NCBI GenBank assembly: GCA_003567725.1
Contig: PWYU01000084.1
Coordinates: forward strand, 28,102 to 92,101
Origin: Syntrophomonadaceae bacterium
GTDB lineage: Bacteria > Bacillota > Dethiobacteria > DTU022
Length of the DNA stretch: 64,000 bases
Direction of reading: 5' to 3'
Shown in pieces: positions 1 to 8,101 of this stretch. Under the pieces are notes generated by a model that did not search any database, was not told where the DNA came from, and saw nothing but the letters and a program-made list of their open reading frames with translations. The translations under genes and the position numbers were made by a program. Positions within the stretch are counted from its first letter, which is position 1. Each line of letters starts with the position of its first letter.

Positions 1-40
1 AGCGAAGAAAAAAAAGCAAAACCGGTTTCTTTTAATTGTT

Positions 41-382
41 ATGGTCCTGATCCTGGGACTGGGCCTGGTGAGCCTGTTATATGGAGGCTTTGATGATAAA
101 GAAGCAGCAGGAGCTGATTCTGAGCTGATCGACAGGGAAAGGTCGGTAGTTTTTGTCGATGTTTTTGACCTTACCCATGCCTGGATTTACCTGAGCGATG
201 ATTTCGATGGCGAACAAACCAAGATCAAGGCAAACGGGACCCCCCTGGAATACCATCCAGAAGACCGGGTCTGGAGGTTAACCATGAGCGGCTACAGCGC
301 CGGGGATGAGTTAACTTTAGAAATAACAGCGGCCAGCCTGGATAAAGCCAGGGAAGAAACCATTGTCATCGAAAGTGAATAA
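41..382 (+). CDS. hypothetical protein with N-terminal hydrophobic segment; reading frame is open back to position 2, so the true start may lie upstream of the window
   Basis: ORF track. Frame upstream of the Met is stop-free to the window edge (AKKKKQNRFLLIV...), typical of a signal or anchor sequence. No recognisable family. Confidence 0.35.
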   Translation: MVLILGLGLVSLLYGGFDDKEAAGADSELIDRERSVVFVDVFDLTHAWIYLSDDFDGEQTKIKANGTPLEYHPEDRVWRLTMSGYSAGDELTLEITAASLDKAREETIVIESE

Positions 383-477
383 ACGTTTATGTGGCAGTTT
401 ACCTGAAAGGAGGTTAGCAGGCACCGGCTCTCAAGGTTTATTCTATAAAAAAAGATCATGTTGAAGGGAGAAAAAAA

Positions 478-1167
478 ATGCTTAGTCTTAAACGAACGGC
501 AGTAGTCCTGATGGTAACATTGATTTTACTCCTGGCTGTTTCAGCTGCTGTTTATGCCAGCACCGCCCCGGATAAAGTCTACTTCGAACGATCTGACGGT
601 AAAATTATTGTAGTTGATTATGAGGAAGCGCTTGCCTTGAAAGCAGCAAGCAAAACCGCGCTCTATGATGCTACCGTACAGGGTATCAGGGATGCTTTAA
701 AGGATTTTCGGGATGTCTGGGTTGAAGTTAAAATAAACGGTAATCCCGAGGTTCTCCACTACAGTGAAGCGGTAAAAGACGGTTTAACTTATGATGGGAT
801 GGTAAGCGATCCTAATGCGTACAAAGTTAGCGCTCCTCAACCGGACTGGGAAATGTATCTTGACGGAGTGGCAAATGTTAAGTTGCGGACTCCAACCCCG
901 CTTGATTTTCCTGATTGGCTGGAGGATGTAAATGTTTCCTGGCAGGAGCAATGGGGAATAACGGTGATTGATGTATTCATCGATGAAAATGAACTGCCTC
1001 TTAACTGGTATGAGCTTAAAGATATAGAAGAGGTAATGGTCCTGGGGGTTAGAGCAAAAGAAGATCCCGCAGAGAAAGGACGCTGGCGGGTAACTATTGA
1101 AGAAGAAATAACAGAACTACAACCAGGTGATGTAGTGATCAGGGTTAACGGAAAAACCTATAACTAA
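478..1167 (+). CDS. secreted hypothetical protein (N-terminal signal peptide)
   Basis: GAAGGGAG RBS 7 nt upstream of ATG. N-terminus MLSLKRTAVVLMVTLILLLAVSAAVYAS is signal-peptide-like. No family recognised. Confidence 0.5.
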   Translation: MLSLKRTAVVLMVTLILLLAVSAAVYASTAPDKVYFERSDGKIIVVDYEEALALKAASKTALYDATVQGIRDALKDFRDVWVEVKINGNPEVLHYSEAVKDGLTYDGMVSDPNAYKVSAPQPDWEMYLDGVANVKLRTPTPLDFPDWLEDVNVSWQEQWGITVIDVFIDENELPLNWYELKDIEEVMVLGVRAKEDPAEKGRWRVTIEEEITELQPGDVVIRVNGKTYN

Positions 1168-1220
1168 ACTGAACAATAATCGCAACTACTCAGCCTATTG
1201 TCTTTGTTGAATGATAAGCG

Positions 1221-1254
1221 GCGCCGCGGGGCATATAACCTCGCGGCCTTTTTT
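1221..1254 (+). terminator. rho-independent terminator-like hairpin (GCCGCGGGG...CCTCGCGGC followed by T6)
   Basis: Stem-loop followed by TTTTTT, seen directly in sequence downstream of the 478..1167 CDS. Confidence 0.5.
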
Positions 1255-1348
1255 GTCGTTAAATACAGGCTTTAGTTTTTATTTATATATAACTGCTAAC
1301 TGCCTGTCCTGCTTGAAGATTACTGCCCTTGCCGATCCTTTGGGCTGG

Positions 1349-1385
1349 AACTGTACCGGCTTAGCTTTAAGCCTTTCGCCCGCGC
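1349..1385 (+). repeat. 37-nt hairpin-containing element (GGCTTA-GCTT-TAAGCC core) repeated at 60298..60334
   Basis: 33/37 identity with the second copy. Both copies lie downstream of + strand genes. Confidence 0.4.
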
Positions 1386-1458
1386 TATTTACTTTATAAC
1401 CTGGCAGCTGCCGGTTAAGTGTGGATCTTATTAACCTGCCCGCGGTTAAAGCAGCCCT

Positions 1459-1872
1459 TTAGCTGCCTATGACGGTAACAAAAACGGTTCTTTGTGTGCG
1501 CGGACCGTCAAACTCGCAGAAGAAAATATTCTGCCAGGTCGAAAGCCCCATGCTGCCGTCGATTAATGGAATAGTTTCATTGGGTCCGACTAGCCCTGCT
1601 TTTAAGTGGGCATCGGCGTTTCCATCCTGGCGGTCATGTTCCCAGATCCCGCGGGGGATAGTTTTGGCCAGCAGGTTGACAACATCGTTTTGGACGCTGT
1701 CGTCCCAGCCTTCCTGGATCATTATTGCTGCTGTAGCCCCCTGGGCATAAATATTTACCAGGCCGTTTTGCATACCGCTTTCCCCGACGGCCTGTTTTAC
1801 CTGGCTGGTTATATCAAGCAGCATTTCCCTTTTTACGGTATTGAGGGTTAATACTGACCTCCTGCAGTCCAT
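1459..1872 (-). CDS. YjbQ/UPF0047 family protein (secondary thiamine-phosphate synthase-like)
   Basis: Motifs LLDITSQV, GLVNIYAQGATAAIMIQEGWDD and DGNADAHLKAGLVGPNETIPL match YjbQ-family conservation. Start placed at an internal Met consistent with the ~135 aa family length. Confidence 0.7.
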   Translation of the reverse strand: MDCRRSVLTLNTVKREMLLDITSQVKQAVGESGMQNGLVNIYAQGATAAIMIQEGWDDSVQNDVVNLLAKTIPRGIWEHDRQDGNADAHLKAGLVGPNETIPLIDGSMGLSTWQNIFFCEFDGPRTQRTVFVTVIGS

Positions 1873-1883
1873 TTTAACCCTCC

Positions 1884-2609
1884 TTAAGCGGGTTTGCCGA
1901 ATGAAGACATGTATATTACAAATTCCCATTCTCCATCAACGCCGATCACCTGGTTAGCCTCTTCATCAAAAAAGGCCCCAATTTGACAGGAACCGAGGCC
2001 GCAGGATACTGCCGCCAGGGCAGCATTTTGGGCGAGATGGCCAGCATCTAAATAAATATAGCGATAGGCGCGCTGTTCATATTTCCATTTAGAGCGTTCG
2101 ATCATAGCAGTCCACACCAGGTTGAAATCGGCATCGCGGAGCATCTTCTGGCCCAGCGCCGCCTGGGCCAGATCCAGGCCGAAAGCCCCCTCTTTAACTA
2201 AAGCCAGGGCATGATAGGGCACCTGGTAGTGGTAAATGCCGGGTTTGAAACCTTCTACTTTATTAATGGCGCAGTAGGTTTCAATGGGAAACAATCCTCC
2301 GGCTGAAGGAGCGGCTCTGAACTGGTGGTGAGCAGTGGATGAAGTAATGCCCTGGGTTGCCCAGAGAATTTGGGAGAGGTTTTTTTCTGCTGCTGCAGCG
2401 CTGCTGTAATTACGAACCGATCGCCTTTGCTGTAAAATCCCATAAAGGGGTTGTCCTCCTTTACGGTCAGGTTCAGAAAGTTTGAACAGCTCTGCATCGG
2501 GGTCCTTTTTGTATAGTGGTGGTTTGTTCTCCCAATCTAAACTTCTGCCTTTCAGGGTATGCCGGGAATATTTGCTGAGGCGTTGAAAATCATCGCCAAA
2601 GGTCATCAC
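1884..2609 (-). CDS. SagB-type dehydrogenase / nitroreductase-fold protein
   Basis: Nitroreductase-family C-terminal half with the N-terminal extension typical of SagB/ThcOx-type dehydrogenases (RRSVRNYS, LDAGHLAQN motifs). Confidence 0.55.
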   Translation of the reverse strand: MMTFGDDFQRLSKYSRHTLKGRSLDWENKPPLYKKDPDAELFKLSEPDRKGGQPLYGILQQRRSVRNYSSAAAAEKNLSQILWATQGITSSTAHHQFRAAPSAGGLFPIETYCAINKVEGFKPGIYHYQVPYHALALVKEGAFGLDLAQAALGQKMLRDADFNLVWTAMIERSKWKYEQRAYRYIYLDAGHLAQNAALAAVSCGLGSCQIGAFFDEEANQVIGVDGEWEFVIYMSSFGKPA

Positions 2610-2627
2610 AAAAAACCTCCTTCTGTT

Positions 2628-3782
2628 TTAGCAGGCTGCTTCCACGCGGTTACGGCCTTTACTTTTTGCGCTCGATAAAGCCCGGCTGGCTTTCTGGTAC
2701 ACACTGTCAGATGTAGCCTTTTGATCCTGGTTTATAGGGACAACCCCGCAGCTTGCTGTCATATGTAAATCTTCCATTTTGCCGGTGAAGGTGCAACCTT
2801 CTATAGCCTGCCGGATTTTTTCTGCTACCCTTAAGGCTCCTTCCAGTGAGGTGCCGGGCAAAATTATCATAAATTCTTCTCCGCTGAAACGAGCCGGTAT
2901 GTCAGTTTTTCGCAGCTGTCCTTTAATCACTCCGGCCATTAATTGAAGCACAATGTCTCCGTTGGGATGGCCATAAAAGTCATTTACTTCATTGAAATGA
3001 TCCAGATCCAGCAAGATCAGGCTGGATTCTTCCCCGGTTCGGTTGATGCGCTCAATTTCGCTTTCTAAATATTCAGTGATGCGCATCCGGTTATAAAGGC
3101 CGGTCATCATGTCGGTCCGGGCCATGTGATTAAGCTCTTCCTGCTGCTTTTGCAGTAGTTTATTCTGTCGTTTAAGCAGATTCTTCTGCAGGATGTTCAG
3201 GGCATTAATCCGCCACAGCATTAAAGACAGGCCCAGGCCGATGGCTGCGGCTGCAGCACCATCAAGGCGCAATGAGAGCAGTTCTTTGCTGTGCAGCTGG
3301 TTCAGGGGAAGGTTTAGATAAAGAGCAAGATAAGTTAAGCCGTAGATAAAAGCTGCAAACCCGGGTTTCATAATTATGACTGCAGCTGCAGCGATACTGG
3401 CAATTAAGTAGGGATTGATCCCGGCGATTAAAGGTTCATCGAGGACGTAAAGGGCAGCTCCGAATAACAGGTATGCTGCTGCCAGACCCGGAGCTAAATT
3501 ATGATAGATGAAAGTATCCCCGCTTTTATTTTTACGGAGATTAAGAGTAATTAACCCCATCAAAGCGATGATGATCAGTACGGCGCCATGGGCAAAAATA
3601 AGCCCTGCATACAACTGGTTAGTTAACCAGAAAAAAATGATATAACCGAGGTGGATGGGAATTAAGACCAAAGCAATAATTAAAACCCGCTGGTTATTAA
3701 GGCGGGCGATATCCGCAGCCGGCACCTGACCGGTTAAAAAAAACTGATTGTAAAGCTTCCCTATCCTGGTTTTAACAGACAA
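2628..3782 (-). CDS. membrane protein with C-terminal GGDEF domain carrying a variant active-site motif (SGEEF) and an intact RxxD I-site
   Basis: About six TM helices followed by a GGDEF fold (LYNRMRITEYL, DLDHFNEVND, RKTDIPARFSGEEF). Confidence 0.7.
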   Translation of the reverse strand: MSVKTRIGKLYNQFFLTGQVPAADIARLNNQRVLIIALVLIPIHLGYIIFFWLTNQLYAGLIFAHGAVLIIIALMGLITLNLRKNKSGDTFIYHNLAPGLAAAYLLFGAALYVLDEPLIAGINPYLIASIAAAAVIIMKPGFAAFIYGLTYLALYLNLPLNQLHSKELLSLRLDGAAAAAIGLGLSLMLWRINALNILQKNLLKRQNKLLQKQQEELNHMARTDMMTGLYNRMRITEYLESEIERINRTGEESSLILLDLDHFNEVNDFYGHPNGDIVLQLMAGVIKGQLRKTDIPARFSGEEFMIILPGTSLEGALRVAEKIRQAIEGCTFTGKMEDLHMTASCGVVPINQDQKATSDSVYQKASRALSSAKSKGRNRVEAAC

Positions 3783-4153
3783 TATTATTATCTCCGGATT
3801 CTGCGTTTTGTTGGATCAACAGCACTGTTAAGAGCGGCCAGCATGATCATTGGTTTTCAAGATGCCCCCTTTTAAACCTGGCTTAATTATGCTCAATTAT
3901 TCTCCATCTGCAGCTCTAATTCCTGCTGCAGATGTTTGATTGGCTTTAAACTTTTAAGTTTAAGAAAAATTTACCCCGGTAGTATGTTATAATTTTAATA
4001 ATTGCTTAGCCTGCTTAAGAAAACTGCACTTGCTGATGTTTGGGACCGGGCAGTACCAGACGACGCAGTTGAGTAGTTACTAATTTTAAGAAATGTCCTG
4101 CAGCTTCTATAAAAAATACGGGAATTTATGCTATCTTCAGTGAAAAATATCTC

Positions 4154-5080
4154 TTGATCAGGGGTGATAAATTGAAAACGGAATTAGGATTGCTTGATCT
4201 GATCAGCGTCACAGTAATGATGGATGATTATGCCGGTTATGACAGCGGCTTACTGTCACAGCACGGGGCTTCATACCTGCTTGAAGCCGGATACAAAGCT
4301 AATAAAAAAGCGGGACGAACTATTTTATTTGATACCGGCCAGTCCGCCGGACCGGTCTTGAACAATATGCATGCTTTGGGAAAAGATCCCCAGGCTTTAG
4401 ACCTGGTTTTCCTTTCGCACTGTCATTACGATCACACCGGGGGTCTGGTGGATATCCTGAAAGCAAGCAATCGCTGCCGATTGCCTGTTATCGCCCATCC
4501 TGCCATTTTTCGGCCGCATTATGCGCTTAAGCCATCACTGCGCCCGGTAGGTGTGGGGCCTGAAAACTCTCCTGAAGCGATCAAAGCAGCCGGTGGTGAA
4601 ATGATCCTAACCGCAGAACCGTTAACCCTGATGCCCGGAGTTATCAGCACGGGGGAAATAACAGAACGAACCCACTTTGAAGCCTCTCCTACCCTTTCTC
4701 TAAAGACCCTGGAAGATGGAAAACAAAATAGCGATCACATGTTAGATGACACCTCACTGGTCTTCATGATGCGGGAAGGCCTGGTTATTGTAACCGGCTG
4801 TTCGCATGCGGGAATAATCAGCATTATCGAAAAGGCCATTTCTTTGACCGGTATGAAAAAGGTGGCAGCCCTTATTGGCGGATTTCACCTGATTGACGCC
4901 GAAAATGACAGGATTGAAAAGACCATTGCCCGCCTGGAGGAACTGGAGGTAGAACTAATTTACACCGGTCACTGCAGCGGTTTGAAGGCTGAAGCCCTGC
5001 TTATGGAGAGGTTTAAAGATCGGTTTCATAAACTGCGTACCGGTATGGTCATCGAAATGCCATCCAGAAAAGAGGTATAA
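4154..5080 (+). CDS. MBL-fold metallo-hydrolase
   Basis: HCHYDHTGG (HxHxDH) metal-binding motif. A downstream His cluster is also present. Confidence 0.65.
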   Translation: MIRGDKLKTELGLLDLISVTVMMDDYAGYDSGLLSQHGASYLLEAGYKANKKAGRTILFDTGQSAGPVLNNMHALGKDPQALDLVFLSHCHYDHTGGLVDILKASNRCRLPVIAHPAIFRPHYALKPSLRPVGVGPENSPEAIKAAGGEMILTAEPLTLMPGVISTGEITERTHFEASPTLSLKTLEDGKQNSDHMLDDTSLVFMMREGLVIVTGCSHAGIISIIEKAISLTGMKKVAALIGGFHLIDAENDRIEKTIARLEELEVELIYTGHCSGLKAEALLMERFKDRFHKLRTGMVIEMPSRKEV

Positions 5081-5083
5081 AAG

Positions 5084-6361
5084 ATGCATCAGAACAGGCC
5101 CTATGATCTGGAATATATCAGGAATCAGTTCCCAGCCCTTGCCCTTTCGGTTAACAGCTATCCGGCGGCATTTTTTGATGGCCCCGGGGGCACTCAGGTG
5201 CCTCAAAGGGTCCTTGATGCCGTTAACGATTATCTAATTTATAGCAATGCTAATGCCGGTGGTAAATTCTTAACCAGCCACAATTCAGATCTTGTTATCA
5301 AAGAAGCCAGAAAAGCCCTGGCCGATTTTCTGGGAGCCCGTCCTGATGAGATTGCCTTCGGTCAGAACATGACCACCTTGAATTACCAGCTGGCCCTGGC
5401 CCTGACTCGCTGCCCCGGGCAGCGCCGGGAGATTGTGATCACCGAAATAGACCACGAAGCCAACCGGGGCCCCTGGCTGGCTTTAAAAGAGCGGGGCTAT
5501 AAAATCCGTGAGGTCAGGATGGATACGGAGACCTGCACCATTGATATGGATGATTATCGTAACAAGCTTTCTGGAGATACTTTTCTGGTAGCGCTCAATT
5601 ACGCTTCTAACGGTGTGGGCACCATTAACAGTGTGGAAGAAATGATCAGCCTGGCTCATCAGGCCGGGGCTATTACTGTGATTGATGCCGTCCACTATGC
5701 CTTGCACGGCCCGATTGATGTTAAAAAAATTGCTGCCGATTACCTGCTGTGTTCCGCTTATAAATTTTTTGGACCACACATCGGCATTATTTACGGCAAA
5801 AAGGCGCTTTTTTCTGAACTGCCTGCTTACCGGCTCAGAACCCAGTCCGGACTGGCCCCTAATTTGATTGAAACCGGAACCCTCAACCATGAGGGTATAG
5901 CCGGCGCTTCTGAAGCGGTGGAATTTATAGCCGATCTGGGCCGGCGCTTTGGCCCTTCTGATAGTGGTGACGGCCTTTCCGGGAGAAAGGATATGACTGA
6001 GCGGCGCCGCCATGTCTTGTCCGGAATGAAGGCGATGGAGCAGTACGAGCGGCCCCTGGCTGAAAAAATGCTCGATGAGCTTTCTTCAATACAGGGCGTC
6101 CGGGTGTACGGGCCTCCCCGGGATTACCCCCGTACTTCGACCATTTCTTTTACCATTGAAGGCAAAAGGGCAGACCGGGTAGCTTCAGAACTTGGTCAAA
6201 AAGGCCTTTTTGTCTGGGACGGCCATTTTTATGCCATTCGCCTGGTAGAAAAACTGGACCTTCAGGAAAGCGGCGGTCTGATCAGGGCAGGACTTTGCCC
6301 TTATAATACCGAACAAGAAGTGGACCGGCTGCTGGAAGAGATCAAGAGGCTAGCGAAATAA
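5084..6361 (+). CDS. aminotransferase class V / cysteine desulfurase-like PLP enzyme
   Basis: Class V fold motifs including the SAYKFFGP lysine region. Starts 3 nt after the MBL gene stop, suggesting an operon. Confidence 0.7.
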   Translation: MHQNRPYDLEYIRNQFPALALSVNSYPAAFFDGPGGTQVPQRVLDAVNDYLIYSNANAGGKFLTSHNSDLVIKEARKALADFLGARPDEIAFGQNMTTLNYQLALALTRCPGQRREIVITEIDHEANRGPWLALKERGYKIREVRMDTETCTIDMDDYRNKLSGDTFLVALNYASNGVGTINSVEEMISLAHQAGAITVIDAVHYALHGPIDVKKIAADYLLCSAYKFFGPHIGIIYGKKALFSELPAYRLRTQSGLAPNLIETGTLNHEGIAGASEAVEFIADLGRRFGPSDSGDGLSGRKDMTERRRHVLSGMKAMEQYERPLAEKMLDELSSIQGVRVYGPPRDYPRTSTISFTIEGKRADRVASELGQKGLFVWDGHFYAIRLVEKLDLQESGGLIRAGLCPYNTEQEVDRLLEEIKRLAK

Positions 6362-6686
6362 TAAATTTGAAAAAGACAGCGGCGTTTTAATTATATCCTC
6401 CGGCGGCCCCTGGTTCAGGCCGGGGCAGTTTTAGGTAGACCCGGCAGGTTTAGAGGAAAATTCAGGCGAGCAATCAAGGATGAAGTTTTGAAACTGCCGG
6501 TAAAAAGAGGCCTGAAGTGAGCTGACCGGGCAGCAAAGACAATAAAACTGTCCCCTGGCAAGGCGTTTTTTGAAATAGCCTGTCTTTCGCTGCAGGGCCG
6601 GCAAAGTTTTCATTTAGGGCCATTTAAGCAACGGCCCGGCAGGGGCTGTTCAGATACCATATTTTTATAAAGGAGCGGTTATTAAT

Positions 6687-7640
6687 TTGAAGATCAAGGA
6701 AATATATAATTTTGTATTAGAAAAGGGTATGGACAAGGATCCTCGCAAGCGTGAAGTTGTGGAAGAAGTACTGGCCAGGGAAAAGAAAAAATTCGAAGAA
6801 ATGAAAGAGGAAGATAAAAAGGATTATGACCGGGAAAAGTTAACCAATCCTTACAGCGACACGCGTATTTTATGCGGTGACCCGGAGGCCGGAGTAAAAA
6901 GGCTGATGGTCGGGGTTGATATCGAAGTTGGTGAAGTGCTGCTGGCCGATCGGCTGGCTGAAAAAGGACAGCCCATTGATTTAATCATAACTCATCATCC
7001 CGAAGGAAAAGCGCTTTCCATGCTGCATGATGTTATGCACATGCAGGAAGATATCCTGGCCCGCTATGGAGTGCCCATCAACATCGCCGAAGGGATTATG
7101 TCATCCAGGATCAGCGAGGTTAAACGCGGGCTGATGCCGATCAACCATAACCGGTCTATCGATGCGGCAAAGATTTTAGGGATCGCCATGATGAGCGCTC
7201 ATACGGTAGCCGATAACCAGGTTACGGCATTTCTGCAGGAGATGTTTGATCAGGAAGAACCGCGCACCCTGGGCGATATTCTTAAACTGTTAAAAGATAT
7301 CCCTGAATATGCCGAGGCGGCCAGGCATGGTTCCGGCCCGGACCTGGTCATTGGCAGTAAGGAACGCCGGGCCGGGAAGGTGCTGGTAGATATGACCGGC
7401 GGTACGGGCGGATCCGATAAAGCTTACGCCAAATTGTCCCAGGCGGGTATCGGTACTATTGTGGGTATGCATATTAGTGAGAAGAATCGTAAAGAAGCGG
7501 AAAAACATCATATCAACGTGGTCATAGCAGGCCATATCTCCAGCGATTCAGTCGGTATGAACCTGCTTCTTGACGAGCTTGAAAATAAAGGAATAGAGGT
7601 TATTCCTTGTTCCGGCATAATCCGGCATAACCGCCGGTAA
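6687..7640 (+). CDS. Nif3-like (DUF34) dinuclear metal centre protein with a charged N-terminal extension
   Basis: DLIITHHP motif and C-terminal GH..S..G block align with the YbgI/Nif3 family. TTG start with AAGGAG RBS. Confidence 0.5.
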   Translation: MKIKEIYNFVLEKGMDKDPRKREVVEEVLAREKKKFEEMKEEDKKDYDREKLTNPYSDTRILCGDPEAGVKRLMVGVDIEVGEVLLADRLAEKGQPIDLIITHHPEGKALSMLHDVMHMQEDILARYGVPINIAEGIMSSRISEVKRGLMPINHNRSIDAAKILGIAMMSAHTVADNQVTAFLQEMFDQEEPRTLGDILKLLKDIPEYAEAARHGSGPDLVIGSKERRAGKVLVDMTGGTGGSDKAYAKLSQAGIGTIVGMHISEKNRKEAEKHHINVVIAGHISSDSVGMNLLLDELENKGIEVIPCSGIIRHNRR

Positions 7641-8101
7641 CCGGTAGATTGAAAGAGTGTTAATCCGCCCGGCTGGTTTCCTTGCTTCACGGTTTCAGGC
7701 CCTTAATTCCGAAGGTCTGACTAAACCCGGCAGGAGTTTTGAAACTGCCTGGTTAACACCGGCCCAGGTTCTTTTCGGCATCAGGTATAGCTGTTTTCCA
7801 TTACCCTGGCAACCCTAAAATGAAAGCTCGGGTGAATAGGGTAGAAGCTTTATCCGTCGAGTTTTTTAAGAGGTGCGCCGGGGCTTCTGCTGGCCCTGGT
7901 TTTAGCTTACTAAAGGCAGCCAGGCGGAAAAACTGCAACTGCTGATCTGGAAAAGCTTAAAAAACCACCGTTGCAAATTGAGGGTTTACATGCACTTCCA
8001 TATCAGTAGTTACTGCAAAATAAGTCTATCAAAACCCCGCTATTATCGCCCTGGCTGGTCCAGATTTAAGCAGGCGCAGGACCGTAACGGCCTGCTACCG
8101 G

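Noticed and set aside
1211-1399. 62-aa + strand ORF after the secreted-protein gene
   Set aside because: It covers the terminator hairpin and repeat elements, has no RBS, and gives a low-complexity translation.
3783-4153. Possible sigma-A promoter (extended -10 TGTTATAAT near 3983..3991) upstream of the MBL hydrolase gene
   Set aside because: The -35 region is poor and the spacing ambiguous, so it is not reported as a feature.
5483-6013. 176-aa minus-strand ORF inside the class V aminotransferase gene
   Set aside because: It is antisense within a confidently assigned CDS.
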